Below are positions 39,900-51,731 of a stretch of 64,000 nt of DNA, one piece after another (positions within the stretch are counted from its first letter, which is position 1; every line of letters begins with the position of its first letter). Source of the stretch: Zygnema circumcarinatum SAG 698-1b. Lineage: Eukaryota; Plantae; Zygnematophyceae. The notes below the pieces were generated by a model. It had not been told where the DNA came from. It was given only the letters and a program-made list of their open reading frames with translations, and ran no database searches. A program made the translations under genes and the position numbers. Where the stretch lies: the NCBI GenBank assembly GCA_037447605.1, contig CM074820.1:1240001-1304000 (forward strand), given 5' to 3'.

Positions 39900-40840
39900 A
39901 ACATCTCCGAAAAAAGGACCCGGCAATTCCCAATCCTTTGATGCCTGGGAGGAGGGAGAGCTGAACACACTTCCCAATGTGGAGTTCGAACTTAACAGCG
40001 GACTGAAAAAGGTACTAAAGTAGCACCAAATGAAGGGCCTCCACTTTCTTCTACGGCATATTCGTGGAGATAGCACTAGGGAAAGCTCAAACTCTCTCTC
40101 TCTTCCCTGCATATTGGCTCACAGTCATGGAACTGGAAAAACACTAACTGTTCTCTCCTGCCTTCAAACATGGAGATCCTACTTTTGCTCTGAACCGTTC
40201 CGAGCATTGGTTTCCGGGCCTCACTCATTCCAGTCGTTGATTGTATGTTTAGCTCCTAGGGAAAGAATCGGCACTACTTCCGGCTGGATGGGAATGTGCA
40301 TACTTTTGATCGCTGCGGCATCATTTCTGCATTCAAGACATCATCGGAAGCGAAGCCGATATTGGCCACGTACGGTGTGGCCGGGCAGGAAATTGAATTC
40401 ACTGCAGAGTCTCGAGTGGTTCTTCTGCACCCCTGCGGGAGTCCCTGGGTGGAAACTCAGGCAAGCTTCTCTCTCTCTCTTCTTCTCCCTCTCTATCTCT
40501 CTTCTTCACACTCTCTCTTTTCCTCTCTCTGAGTGGTCTCTCTTTCTCTCCCTCTCCCTCTCTCTCTCTCTCTGGGTGGTCTCTCTCTCTCTCTCGCTCT
40601 CTCTCCGCGTCAGCTTTTAGGGGGTTGTCTGACAAATCTAATCTACCCCTATCTAGCTGAAGTCTCTCTGAATGCTTGTCTGTATATTTGTTTTCTCTGC
40701 AGGCTGTTGCCCGAACATTTCGACAAGGCCAGCAGAAACGAGTGTACGTTTATCGGCTGGTGAGCCAAGCTACTGAGGAGGAGATCTACGAATGTCCTTT
40801 TGGTAAAGAGCAGCTCGTCAACCGGCTGTTTCTCGACTGA
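39900..40840 (+). pseudogene. DRD1/CLASSY-like SNF2 chromatin-remodeller relic with a premature stop and large internal deletion
   Basis: LKKVLK*HQMKGLHFL...CILAHSHGTGKTLTVLSCLQTW (Q-motif/motif I, in-frame TAG at 40020-40022). About 100 nt later come YFRLDG...F..SEAKPILATYGVAGQEI...SRVVLL...WVETQ|AVARTFRQGQQKRVYVYRLV (motifs IV-VI). Motifs Ia-III are absent. Confidence 0.8.
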
Positions 40841-41989
40841 GGTCTCTTCAATACCCCCCCTGCATGACTTGGTGGTGCGTGCAAGGCTATGGAGAGGAGT
40901 GCATGAAGAGTGGGAGGCGGAGGAGAAAAAGAGAGAAGGGAGGCAGAGGTGGGAGAACAGAGAGTGGATCGAGAGTGAGTGAGGGCAGGGAGAAGGAAGG
41001 GTTCAAAGGAAGCATTTCCTACCAAAACCCTAGCGCGTCCGGGTGGTGCAGGAGGAGGAACCCTCGTCAGTTCGCCTCTTGACGCGGTCAGGGAAGAGAG
41101 CAACGACCCCATTCTGACGAGCCTGCTGAAGTTGTCCGGAGAATCGAACCTAGAACCTTGTCTCCAAGGTCCTCTTTCAGCACCAAGAGGACAACAAATA
41201 GGCTCTAAGCAGATCCCACTTCTTTCGACAATATTAGAGTGCAGTACAACAAGAATAGAAAAGGGTGGTCATTAGGGTTTCAACAGCTAGGTGCGCATGC
41301 AGTGCTGAAAAAATGTGAGCGTAAGAATTGAACACGTGTGTATTTAGTTCGCATGCAGACGTCATTACATGATGGTATAGCGATAAATAAATGCTGAAAT
41401 GGAATGAAAAAGACTGATATTTGAAATAACAAAAAACGGAGGGTCACATGGTCCTTTACTTGTTGTGGTGCATGTCACGGGCGTATGCATGAGCCCCTCC
41501 ACACGTCCCACCATCATACCAACTGCCGATTCCCGAACATGGTAGACTCTTGACTGAACTTTCGACCCCGCTCACTAGGCAGGAAAAGGCTAAGAGATAT
41601 TGTAATGTACTCATTATTTGGAAGCGTCAATTTCCGGTACAAAAGCAGGCCGTCCCAGGGAGACAGGACCCACAACAGAAACTACTCAAAAAAACGCATG
41701 GCGGCTAGAAATTTAGAGCAGAACTAGCAGGCCTTTACTTTGGTCTGCTACCGACTTACAGAGGGACGGAAATAGAACAGCTGCACTTGCAAACCCTTCA
41801 AGATAAGAATTCAGCTAAAAAGAAATAGCTCGGGTTCACCTAGGGCCCATTCTATCCACCTCACTACCTTTGTTCAAAGCACAATTACCAGCAAACCAAG
41901 AATTCGCTCCTCTTCTCGTTGGCATTGAATATAATTTCATTCTCACCAGACATCATATGCTCCTAAAGGTATAGCCTCCTCGCCTTGAT

Positions 41990-42587
41990 CTACTCCGTAC
42001 GAAGGATTATGTGCACCCCACTATCTGTCTCAACAATTTCGCTCAACTCCCCCACCTTCAGAGCGTACGTGGCCCGCTCAAACGCTCTCTGCATCTGCCC
42101 AGGACCGAACCGTCCTGACACCACAAAAGGAACCAACGTGCCATCAGAAAAAGAAGCCAACGGCCTCTCACGGGAAAGGAACTATTCATGCAGGCATGGG
42201 CGGATATTTCTTAGGCAGAAAGAATGCAGATAGGTCCCAGATGCGCACAAAAAATTTGTCGTAGTGAAGTCCACAATTCACGACCATCAATTCCACATGC
42301 GAATTGGCCCACATCCCTTCAGCCTGGTAGAGAACAAAAGCCGTAGCACAGCACTCACCCAAATCCCCCCCACGCTTCGCAGAGCTGCAGTCCGACTCCG
42401 CCCTCGCAAGGTCTGCAAACCCCGCCCTCCCGCTCACTATTTCCTCCCGCAATCTCTCCAGCTTCGCAATGGCCGCCTCCTTCGTAGTCCGCGTTATGAC
42501 TCGCCCTTCAGGATCCTTCCAGGAAGCAGGCCGCCTCGAGCCCTGGTGCTTGATCAGCAGGTGGGCAGCGCGCACCTCGTCCGCCAT
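41990..42587 (-). CDS. PIN1: Parvulin-type peptidyl-prolyl isomerase PIN1 (plant WW-less type), 2 exons
   Basis: [37 protein letters not shown]|[38 protein letters not shown]. Confidence 0.96.
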
Positions 42588-42687
42588 GGCTGCCCTGCCA
42601 ACCTCCTCTCCCCTCCCCTCGCAGTTTTCAGCACTGGGTTTGCCAGAAACCCAGAAATCTAGTTTTCCGCAGAAAACCGTCAGCCAT

Positions 42688-43010
42688 CACGCGGCCATCC
42701 AACGGCCCGAAACTCACACGTGACCACGTGGCACATCCAACAACCAGAAAATCACCTGTGTCTACGTAACACATCCAACGGCTCGAAACTCACACGTTTC
42801 CACGTGCTACATCCAACGGCCCACAAATTACACGTGTTTATGTGGCATATCCAACGGCCCGAAACTCACATTTGTCTATGTGGCATATCCAACGGTCGTA
42901 ATCTCACATTTATCCACGTGGCACATCCAACGGTTCAAAATTCACATTTGTCGACGTGCCACATCCATCGGCCCGAAACTCACATGTCCACGTGGCACAT
43001 CCAACGGCCA
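42688..43010. repeat. 38-bp minisatellite, 9 units, consensus about CCACGTGGCACATCCAACGGCCCGAAACTCACA(C/T)(G/T)TGT, in the PIN1/HIBCH divergent promoter
   Basis: Nine aligned units read directly; 7 contain TCCAACGG and several contain CACGTG. Confidence 0.92.
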
Positions 43011-43096
43011 CTTTCCGGAAATCTCGCACCGACCGTACCGCTCGCCGGTCGCACGAGCTCGGACTGTCCACGTGGCGGGTTCTCGCGCTCCGCCAC

Positions 43097-46000
43097 ATGG
43101 CAGCGTGCTGGCGCTCCACGTGGCGCCTCAGAGAACTGCCACGTGTGCACCCCCGCAGAAGTGTGCTAGTCGCTGGGTGCGCCACGTGGCTGCAGGCGCG
43201 CTCTCCCCTTCTCTTCGCACGTGCGACCCTCGCAGAGGGAGTTGCACGTGCGGCGGCTGAGCGGGATTGGTGGAGAGTTAGGGTTCAGGGTTGCGAGCTC
43301 GGGTGTTTGCCGCACTCCGAGAAGGCGGCGATCAGGGGGTTCAGGGTGGCCTGCGCCGCCATGGCGATGGAGAGCGTGGAGGAGGTGAAGGGCTCCGCGG
43401 GGGGCTGCCACGTGGCAGTCCTGACGTTGGACAGACCGAAGGCCCTGAACGCCATGAGCCTGGGTGAGTGCACGGGCGGTTCGGTGTATCTGGTCCGTAT
43501 TCTGATCCGGGGCATAGCAAATACTGGTACCCAGTCTTTGTTGTGGCAGGGCTTGGTAGGACTGTTACACTGAAGGGTAGGTTAGAGAGGGCGGAGGGGA
43601 GAGAGAGAGAGGGGAAGAGAGGGAGACAGAGTGACCGAGAGATAGGGAGAGAGCAGAGAGTGACGAGGTGCAGAGAGAGGGGAATAGAGGGAGAGAGAGA
43701 GAGACGGAGTCGGGAGAGGTTGGGAGGGAGACAGTTAACAGGGAAAAGCGATAGAGGAGAAGGAGACAGAGATAACTAGACACAGAAAAACATGACGGCC
43801 TTGAGAATGCATGGAAGGACTCGTTACGCGTGTCACATGTGACAGAGGATCATGGGGAGGGAATTGGGAGGAGCAGAAAAGGGCAATGAAGGTAAAATGT
43901 TCATTGGTGCACTTGGGCGGAGTGTTCGCTCACTTTTTTTTCGGTCTGGCGAGGAGGCCAAGTTGGGCTTTTCTAATTTAGGATTTTTCTTTTTACGTAC
44001 CTACGCGTCTTTTCAATTGAAGGCAATTCTGAGTGCTACCTCGTACTATGCAAGATAATCTGCACGGAATTCATTTTCTTGGTCTTGCGATACTGTTCAC
44101 TATACTCAGCCCAAGAAAAGAAGTGCAGCAAATGTTTGCAGAGATGTTGAACTCATGGGCAATGTTTTGCAGAAATGGATTTGGCTTATATGAGCCTCTT
44201 GGAGGAGTGGGAGAAGCGCCCCGAGGTGAAGGCAGTGCTGGTGGAAGGCAGCACCTCTCGAGCCTTCTGCTCTGGTAACTGAGTTCAAGCGCAAATATAC
44301 AAAAAAGTGAATTTCTTGAATGCAGCTTCTGCTCTCTGCAAAATGTATCACCGCTAGCATTTGGTTCAGCCTTGACATAAGCAATGCCATAGTTTCTCTG
44401 AATATGATTACTTGACACAACCGACCTTTTTATGTTTAAGACGTCATAATGTTATGACATTATGAGATCGAAATCATGATGCATCTTCAAAGTGCAGACA
44501 GAGGCTGCGGAATATTCTAAAGCCCATTCGGTTTTTTTTTACCAGAACCGGCCAGAAAAACTGAAACTGAACTCATCAGCATATCAAGCTTGCCTGGCCC
44601 TTTCTTCAGTTGACTATATCTATCAAATTGAGCATTACATAAAGTTGCCAAGAGTTTCTTAAAGTAACTATGTAAGCAGTCTGCTGCTACATTAACACAA
44701 TGTAGCAACACTGTCGCTGACAGTAGATAGCCCTCCGAAACCAACAAGATGATGCCTTCTTTTCCATCTTTTGAAGACAGATAAGATGCATAAAAAGACA
44801 CATGCTCTTCTCACGTGTGGTTTCTTTTCCCTCGTGGTTTTCCTTTTTACTGAAAGGCATCAGGGGGCGATGTGAAGTGGATGACTACGACGGGAAAGCA
44901 GCAGCTGGGATTGCCACACGTGGCTGAAAAGGTGCTTCCAAATCCAAATCATGTTTGCATTGGAACCAAAGCAGATTTTCTGGATGTCCTAATCTATATT
45001 TTTCTTTATTTTTCATCAAAATAATTTGAACCCCCTCTACATAAATTTTTCCGGTCAGCTTCGGCGTGAACTTCTCAGCATAGGTTCTCAGCAAAAAAAA
45101 AAAAAAAAGCATGCGATTTATCGGTTATTTAGTGAAATGCTCGGATGGTTTTGGAAGATTTTGGCTCCATTTAAATCTGCAAGTAGACGGGATCTGGAGA
45201 TAAAATTCAGAAACTTTGCATTGAATTTGTCCTTAAAGCACATGGAGATAAAGCATCTCTAGCATGGAATCCGCAACTGCCCTTTGCAGGTCTTCACTGC
45301 AGAGTACAAACTTATATGCAAAATTGCAAACTTCCAAAAGCCGTACATTTCCATAATGGATGGCATCACTATGGGCTTTGGAATAGGCTTATCGTGCCAT
45401 GGCTGCTATCGCGTCATCACTGAGGTCAGCACTTCTCCCCTGACGTCATCATTCCACTAGTAGTCTAGTACACTTTTGTTACAGCATTTCACTCTGAATA
45501 ACTCAATTTTTCTGACTGATCGATCGCGGATTTCCCACAGAGAACTACACTCGCTATGCCTGAGAACGGAATTGGGTTATTTCCAGACATTGGCTTTGCA
45601 TATTTGGCAGCAAAAACTCCTGGAAAGGGGGCCTTAGGTGAGCTTTCATTTCAATCTTTTCTTCTTTTTTTCTGTTCTCAATATGACAGCGCTACAGAGG
45701 CCTGCCAGATTCTTTTCTTAAGGCGAGGATATCATGTTTTTGGAAATGGGTTTTCGTGAAGCTCACTACCACATGCTCAATTGTAGAAATTTCATGAATG
45801 TTGGCAAGTCTGACTGCTTGTTTAAATTTACCACACCTTCTTTACAATCCGTTTCCCAGGTGCATATATGGCCCTCTGTGGTGCCCGAATCGGCAGTCCT
45901 GCAGATGCTCTCTTTTCCGGCTTGGCAACGCACTTTGTACCTTCTCAGGATATTCCTTCTCTTCGAGCAGCCCTTCTCAATGCCGATCTGTACACTCACT

Positions 46001-46102
46001 CACTCTCATATACCTTCACCCATGCCTTTACATCTTTCATAATATTGCCTTCAGTTGATCAAACAGGCTGATACTATCTGTGTGTGAGAGGGAGAGAGGT
46101 TC

Positions 46103-46166
<64 letters not shown>

Positions 46167-46980
46167 TCTGCAAGAGAGATTTCTATCTGAATGTTTTCAC
46201 CCATGTTAGTAACCGCAGCTGCAGGGGAGGTGAATTTTCTAAGGCTATTGACTGACTTCACTTGACTTCGTCTTCACTTGCTCGTTTTCAGGACTGAGGA
46301 TTCCTATGCAGCTATAGAGAATGTCCTTGAGAGGTTTGCAAAGCAACCAGAGGGGGAGTCCAAACTAAAGGCACTTCTCCCAGTGATTGAAAAAGCATTC
46401 TCCAAAGAAAAGACTCTGCCTGAAGTCATTCTATACTTGACTGAATTGCGCGATTCAAAAGATACCGCAGGTGCGATGTCGGCTGGAAGTTGTGTCCTTT
46501 CCGCTATCATTTCCCAAGATCTTACATGCAAATGTATCCATGATCTTAATGAAGCCTCGTTCAGAAAGACAAGCTCTGAACCACATGCCAGAAATGCCGC
46601 TAACTAGTGACTTCTTTGCCTTGTTTCAGTTGCCGTCTGGGCAGAAGAGGCCCTGCAGGGCATAGCAAAGGGGGGCCCCTTCAGTCTGGCAGTCACAAAA
46701 CGACACTTCGATGCTGTGGCGGATGAGGAGGGAAGGAATACGGTGAGGCTCCACCCCCCCTCCTTCAGTGGGAGGCCTTTTAGGGTTTTTAGGGTTTTAG
46801 GGTTTTTAGGGTTTTATAGGATTCCCGGTGTCTCCCCTGAGGGGGAGCCGGCTGTGGAGGGGAGGCAGGTGGCGGCGGTGATGAGGACGGAGTACCGCCT
46901 GGCGAGGCGGATTTCGTGCAGAGGGGATTTCGTGGAGGGAGTTCGAGCTGTGTTGGTGGATAAGGATCAGGTGAGGCTCC

Positions 46981-47041
<61 letters not shown>

Positions 47042-47051
47042 NNNNNNNNNN

Positions 47052-47115
<64 letters not shown>

Positions 47116-47633
47116 GTGTGTCTCTCTTGCTCTCTCTCTTGCTCGCTCTCTTTCCCTCTCTGCGTCTTTTTTTTTGTTTTAGTGAAAATGTGCAACGGGG
47201 AACTGCCAGTAATCAATTATGTGTAGCATGGAATCAAGGAAGAGTGCATGATAACCACGTTTTCAAGCAGAACCGTGTTCAGCAAGTTTGCAGGAGATTC
47301 CTTTTGTCAGTATTGTGTTGCATGCGTTTGTCAAGACGTATGGTGCTCCTGTCTGTTTTAGCTTCAGTAGATGTTCAAATGTGATGCATGTGAAGAGAAC
47401 TGTATGGACATAGAGACTGTCACGCCATTCATCATGAAGGCTGAACTTTTAGGTTTTCCTTTGCTGAAGCTCCTTTCCTTGAGGACAAACTTGAAGGTCA
47501 GAGATTTGATTGTGACAAATGGAGTGTGTTGCAGAAGCCGCAATGGCAACCTCCGACTCTCGAGGAGGTGGACCCAAAGGATGTGGAGGCCGTATTTGCT
47601 GCGCTCGAGGGCGAATCCGAGCTGATGGTTTAG
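43097..47633 (+). CDS. HIBCH: 3-hydroxyisobutyryl-CoA hydrolase-like protein, mitochondrial type; start at 43097 (Arg-rich presequence) or 43361
   Basis: [68 protein letters not shown]...[15 protein letters not shown] and the final [10 protein letters not shown]...ELMV*. Confidence 0.93.
46778..46816 (+). repeat. Interstitial telomere-like T4-5AGGG tract inside a 126-nt HIBCH intron
   Basis: ttttagggtttttagggttttagggtttttagggtttta. Confidence 0.88.
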
Positions 47634-49102
47634 ATGCCTAAATTTTGAGAGGGAAACATCGCATTTAGTTTTGCGTTTATATGTAAATATTGTATTGGAG
47701 TAGTCTTAAGTGTGGTCTTTGACGCTGGCAAGAAAAGCCCATTCTATGAAGGCATTTGAGTGTGGTGGGAACCGCCATGCTTTGATGAGGGCATGCATGC
47801 ATGCATGGTGTTGACTCCACATGCCATGCATGGTGGGCACTAAGAACCGCACTGCTCTAATGTCTGTTTCCAATGTAATCGTGGAATGTACCACACATGA
47901 AGAATGTTAACATCGTCGAACTGCCAGCATGGCCCATCCTCCACTATTCCTCCCACCCGCATTTGGAGAGAGCGAGCCTCAACGTCATTCATGCGATCTT
48001 CATTGAATTGCAAACTTCAATCTCTCTCTCTCTCGTGTTTTTTAATATTATAAAAAAGAAAAATCATAGCTCATAAGGCGAGCTTCTGATTCATGAGTCT
48101 CAAACTTGTCTAAATGCAAGAGTCTCGGTAAGCTGACATGTCATCCAAGATGCTGCATTTGACGTAACCAACATTGTGGATAACGCAGCAATTGTCTTTC
48201 ATGCCATTGCCTTGCTTGTTGCCTTTGTGGGAGTCTCTGGCAGTTGGCACTACATGAAGGGATAGGTTTCATGGGTCACTAAGTAGGAGGCTCTGAAAGA
48301 GCGCTTGAAATGAACTTTAAGAGTGTGGCTGCATGCCTTTAAGAATGCTGCATCCGACTCTTGAAGGGAGCGGCTACCCAAAAAGTACTACACATCCCTG
48401 AATCACTACAAAAATTCCCGACGAAAGTTTCTTGAAGACATTGGAAACCCTAAAAGCGAGGCAGTGGCATTCAGCATCGAAGGATACGCTGAAAGTCCAG
48501 CAGGCTCGACAGTTCGAGCAGGCTCGTCGAGCAAGAAACCTTGTACAGGAACGCTGGCGGGAGCGCTTTCTGCTGTAAGGATTCCTGTGAAGTGACTTGC
48601 ATGATGTGCTGAACTCGTCATGTACGCACATTACCGCTTTATTTTTCATTTCTTCACTTTGGTAAATTTGTGTGTTGAAAAGCAGGGACACATCGCTAAG
48701 ATTTCCATAAGGCATTTCAGAATACTATGCGGATAGCTTAAAGGCAGCTGCGTGTGTTCTGCTGAAGTTCCTGCTGTAGATGGAAAAGCAAAAAATGAAA
48801 GGAAATAACAAATCGTTTTAGTATCTATTTGTGCTGTCTGCTGCATTACCACGTCGTAGTGGCGAAAACTTATGCCAGCATGAGGAGAGAGGATAGACGA
48901 TGTCAGCATCGAGCATAGAAGTTATCATTCTGCTGAGGATTGAAACCGTCTGTGAAAGTAGAAACGCTGGAGCGAACAAAACAGCGTATGAAACTGCATA
49001 GACTATCCATCTCCATCTCAAACTGCACAGATAGTCCTAAAGATACGTACCCTTCAGAGTGACGTGATTTAGGGTTCTCGTTGTACCTCTCCAGGTTCCA
49101 AA

Positions 49103-50363
49103 ATGGTTCTGCTGCTTATCCGGATCCAATGTGAGCTTGAAAATCTCACTAACCTTCGTCCGGAGGCTCAGGATTTCACCTACTACTTCAAGGTGAGTAC
49201 TTGTGCTTTTTGTGCTTGTCTGAAAGTAACGCTTCCATAAAGATTGGCTTTTATCATTTGCCTGGTCTTGCCAACATTATCGGAGCTCATCGACAGGGCT
49301 TTTTGAACTCCATACGTTAAATTGGAGGGAGAGAAGTGAAGTAACAAGGCTTCTTTAGTGAGAAAATTATATTACTGCTTCCGGTTCCACATCACAGGGT
49401 GAGGGAAACGGTATCTTTTTTATTGGTCTAATAAATTCAGTAATCGTCGAGAATAACTCAGTTCATCAGCATTATCACTTCCTCAAAACCTGAGATGTTT
49501 TTGGAAAGCATGGGTCATGTGTTCATGGTCCTCGTATTTGTTCTGCAACCTCTCCGTGCCCAATTTCCAACTTTTATCGGGTGGAAGGCTGGAATATTGC
49601 CGTTGTGTCTGACAGTTACAATATCCTGAAAGCCATTGCAAGGACGGAATGTTTTGTTTCAGCTTTCTCAGGACTCATCCGGATGAGATTAGGGCATTCA
49701 TACTCCTATTACGGTCCTGTGTGTTCCCATGTGGCCAGCTAGAATGCACCAGTTGTCGAGAAGTGAGCAGCCGTGAGTCATCTGTTGCTTCTGGCGAAAC
49801 AGTTTCTTCAGGTGGCGGCCGGCAGAGTGGTTCAGGCAGCAACAATAAACTAGCGGATGTGCATCTCATGCAGAAGGTCTGCCTTTCAAACTTCTTGCAT
49901 AAGGAGGGCATATCTTGGATGGCAAAGCATCCAGCCCTTCATCTTTCTCAAGCTTACAGCATGCATGCTTGCAGCACGCAGTCATTCCCTCCTATCAGAT
50001 GTGTTTAGGTCATCAGGATGCTGATTTTCACATGCTGAGTCCAACCTTGGGTCCGTCTCTGTGCAGTGTGACTTCTGTGGGAGGTCGGGAACAATCACTA
50101 TCATAGAGGGCCATGGGAAGCCCTATACTGCGGAGCACAGTGAGAAGAGCGCATTTGTGCCTTTGGTTCTCCTTGACTGCAGGGGAATGGAGCCCAAGGA
50201 GTTCATACCTAAGGATGGGTGGTGTGCAGAGGGGGTTGAGTCAGGAACGAAGTTTGAAGGCATTGATCTGTCAGAAGGGGAGTATTCAGAATATGATGAG
50301 AAAGCAGAAGCCTCTGTTGGAATTTACAATGTCAAGAGTGATATTGTAAAGACCAAACTATGA
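49103..50363 (+). CDS. CZIB: CXXC-motif zinc-binding protein (CZIB/C1orf123, DUF866), 3 exons
   Basis: MVLLLIRIQCELENLTNLRP...YYFK|LECTSCRE...HLMQK|CDFCGRSGTI...DCRGMEPKEF...SGTKF..IDLSEGEYSEYDEKAEASVGI. Confidence 0.92.
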
Positions 50364-50580
50364 CGGAATTGAGGGCACCGCAAATGTTTTGGCTTCATTT
50401 GCTTTGGAGAAGGCCGCTTCCAAGCACTGCTTGGCTTTTAAAACAGGTGCAATGTTAAGCCGCAGATAAGGCTTAACTTGTTCACGTTATCTGAAATATC
50501 TGGGTTTTCTGTAATCATTCCCTAATTTCCCTTAATATTAGAAAACAGTCACAGGATGAATGGCGAACCATTCCTGCCAT

Positions 50581-50717
50581 TAGGGGGTGTCAGACTTAAA
50601 AATTGTTCGTAAGTTTGAGACCAGAACGAGTACTTCGGTGACATCGCAATCCTGGTGCGGCGGAGTACTTACAAAACTTTTTTGTTCGTAAGATTTCGTT
50701 AAGTCTGACACCCCCTA
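50581..50717. mobile_element. MITE-like element, 137 bp, with perfect 17-bp TIRs flanked by TA
   Basis: Left TA-GGGGGTGTCAGACTTAA and right TTAAGTCTGACACCCCC-TA are exact reverse complements. Confidence 0.85.
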
Positions 50718-51731
50718 TTGTCCACGCTCAGCTTACACTCAAGTGAAGAAGTCAATCAGGAGCGACTTTGCTGCTTACAAGCTCGAAAATCTTGAAAACT
50801 TTTCACATGGTCACAAAACCAAAGCTACAGCTACTAGCTGCTGATTTAAAGCACATGAAGCTCAAGCACGAAATGAACTGGCGTTGGTCCCTCGATGGCG
50901 GTGCCCTCAAACAGACATGAGCAAAGGCAAGTTTTAGAACCAAGATGAGCCACAAAGGTCACAATGGACCTAGGGACCAAAGAAAAGCTTGGAGCTTTGG
51001 GGTACAACACGAGTTGCTGATGTTCGACAGCCCATACACTCCTCCACATTGCACTAACTTCCTATGTCTAAGCACCCCACGTGCGATATGGTACAATGGT
51101 AGACAAAGGCATGCGTAAAGTCATTGTAAATGGCCATTGTTTATTTGTTGTGGGCCTTTACAGTTTTGCACAGTCTGTTGCAGTTCTTCAATGTTGCAGT
51201 TTGCTACATTGAAACGAACACAGGAGTGCCTTGCTGCATGGAGACTTCCATTGCAGATGATATCCCCCATGCCATGCCATGCCATGCCATGTGATGTGAT
51301 GTCGGCCATGCGGCCAAACCCTAATTCCGCACGCGAGGACGAAGCACTGGCAGGCGAATGGATGTAGCAGAATTCGCCCTTCCCTTGCAGCAAGGAGGAA
51401 GGTGTTTTACGGATCGTCTATTGCGCTCTGCCTTCCTTTCAGCACAAGAAAAGCCAGGCGGAAAGGTCCGCAGCTCAGCGTAAAGAAGTGAGCTGGCGAG
51501 TCAGAAAACATAGAAGGTGATATCGGAAACAAGCGACTGCAAGGAGAGAGTCGTGATGGAGGGAGGGAGGGCAACCTGTTGAAGGCCCAGGCATCCATGG
51601 AGTTCAGCAAGCTTAGCAGTGAGAGGAAGACCTCGTGATTTATTGACTTTAGCGAAAGGAGGAAGAGTTTAAGGACTCAAAGAAACAGAAGAGGCTGTTT
51701 TGGAAGACGGGAGAAGATGAAGCCCACGGAA

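Noticed and set aside
42688-43010. CRISPR-like regularly spaced ~38-bp repeats
   Set aside because: Units are contiguous degenerate copies with no unique spacers, there are no cas genes, and the context is eukaryotic; it is a minisatellite.
48140-48620. Coding-looking + strand fragments (hydrophobic stretch; ESFLKTLETLKARQW...ERWRERF)
   Set aside because: The fragments are in different frames with stops, lack a consistent splice structure and match no family I recognise; left unannotated.
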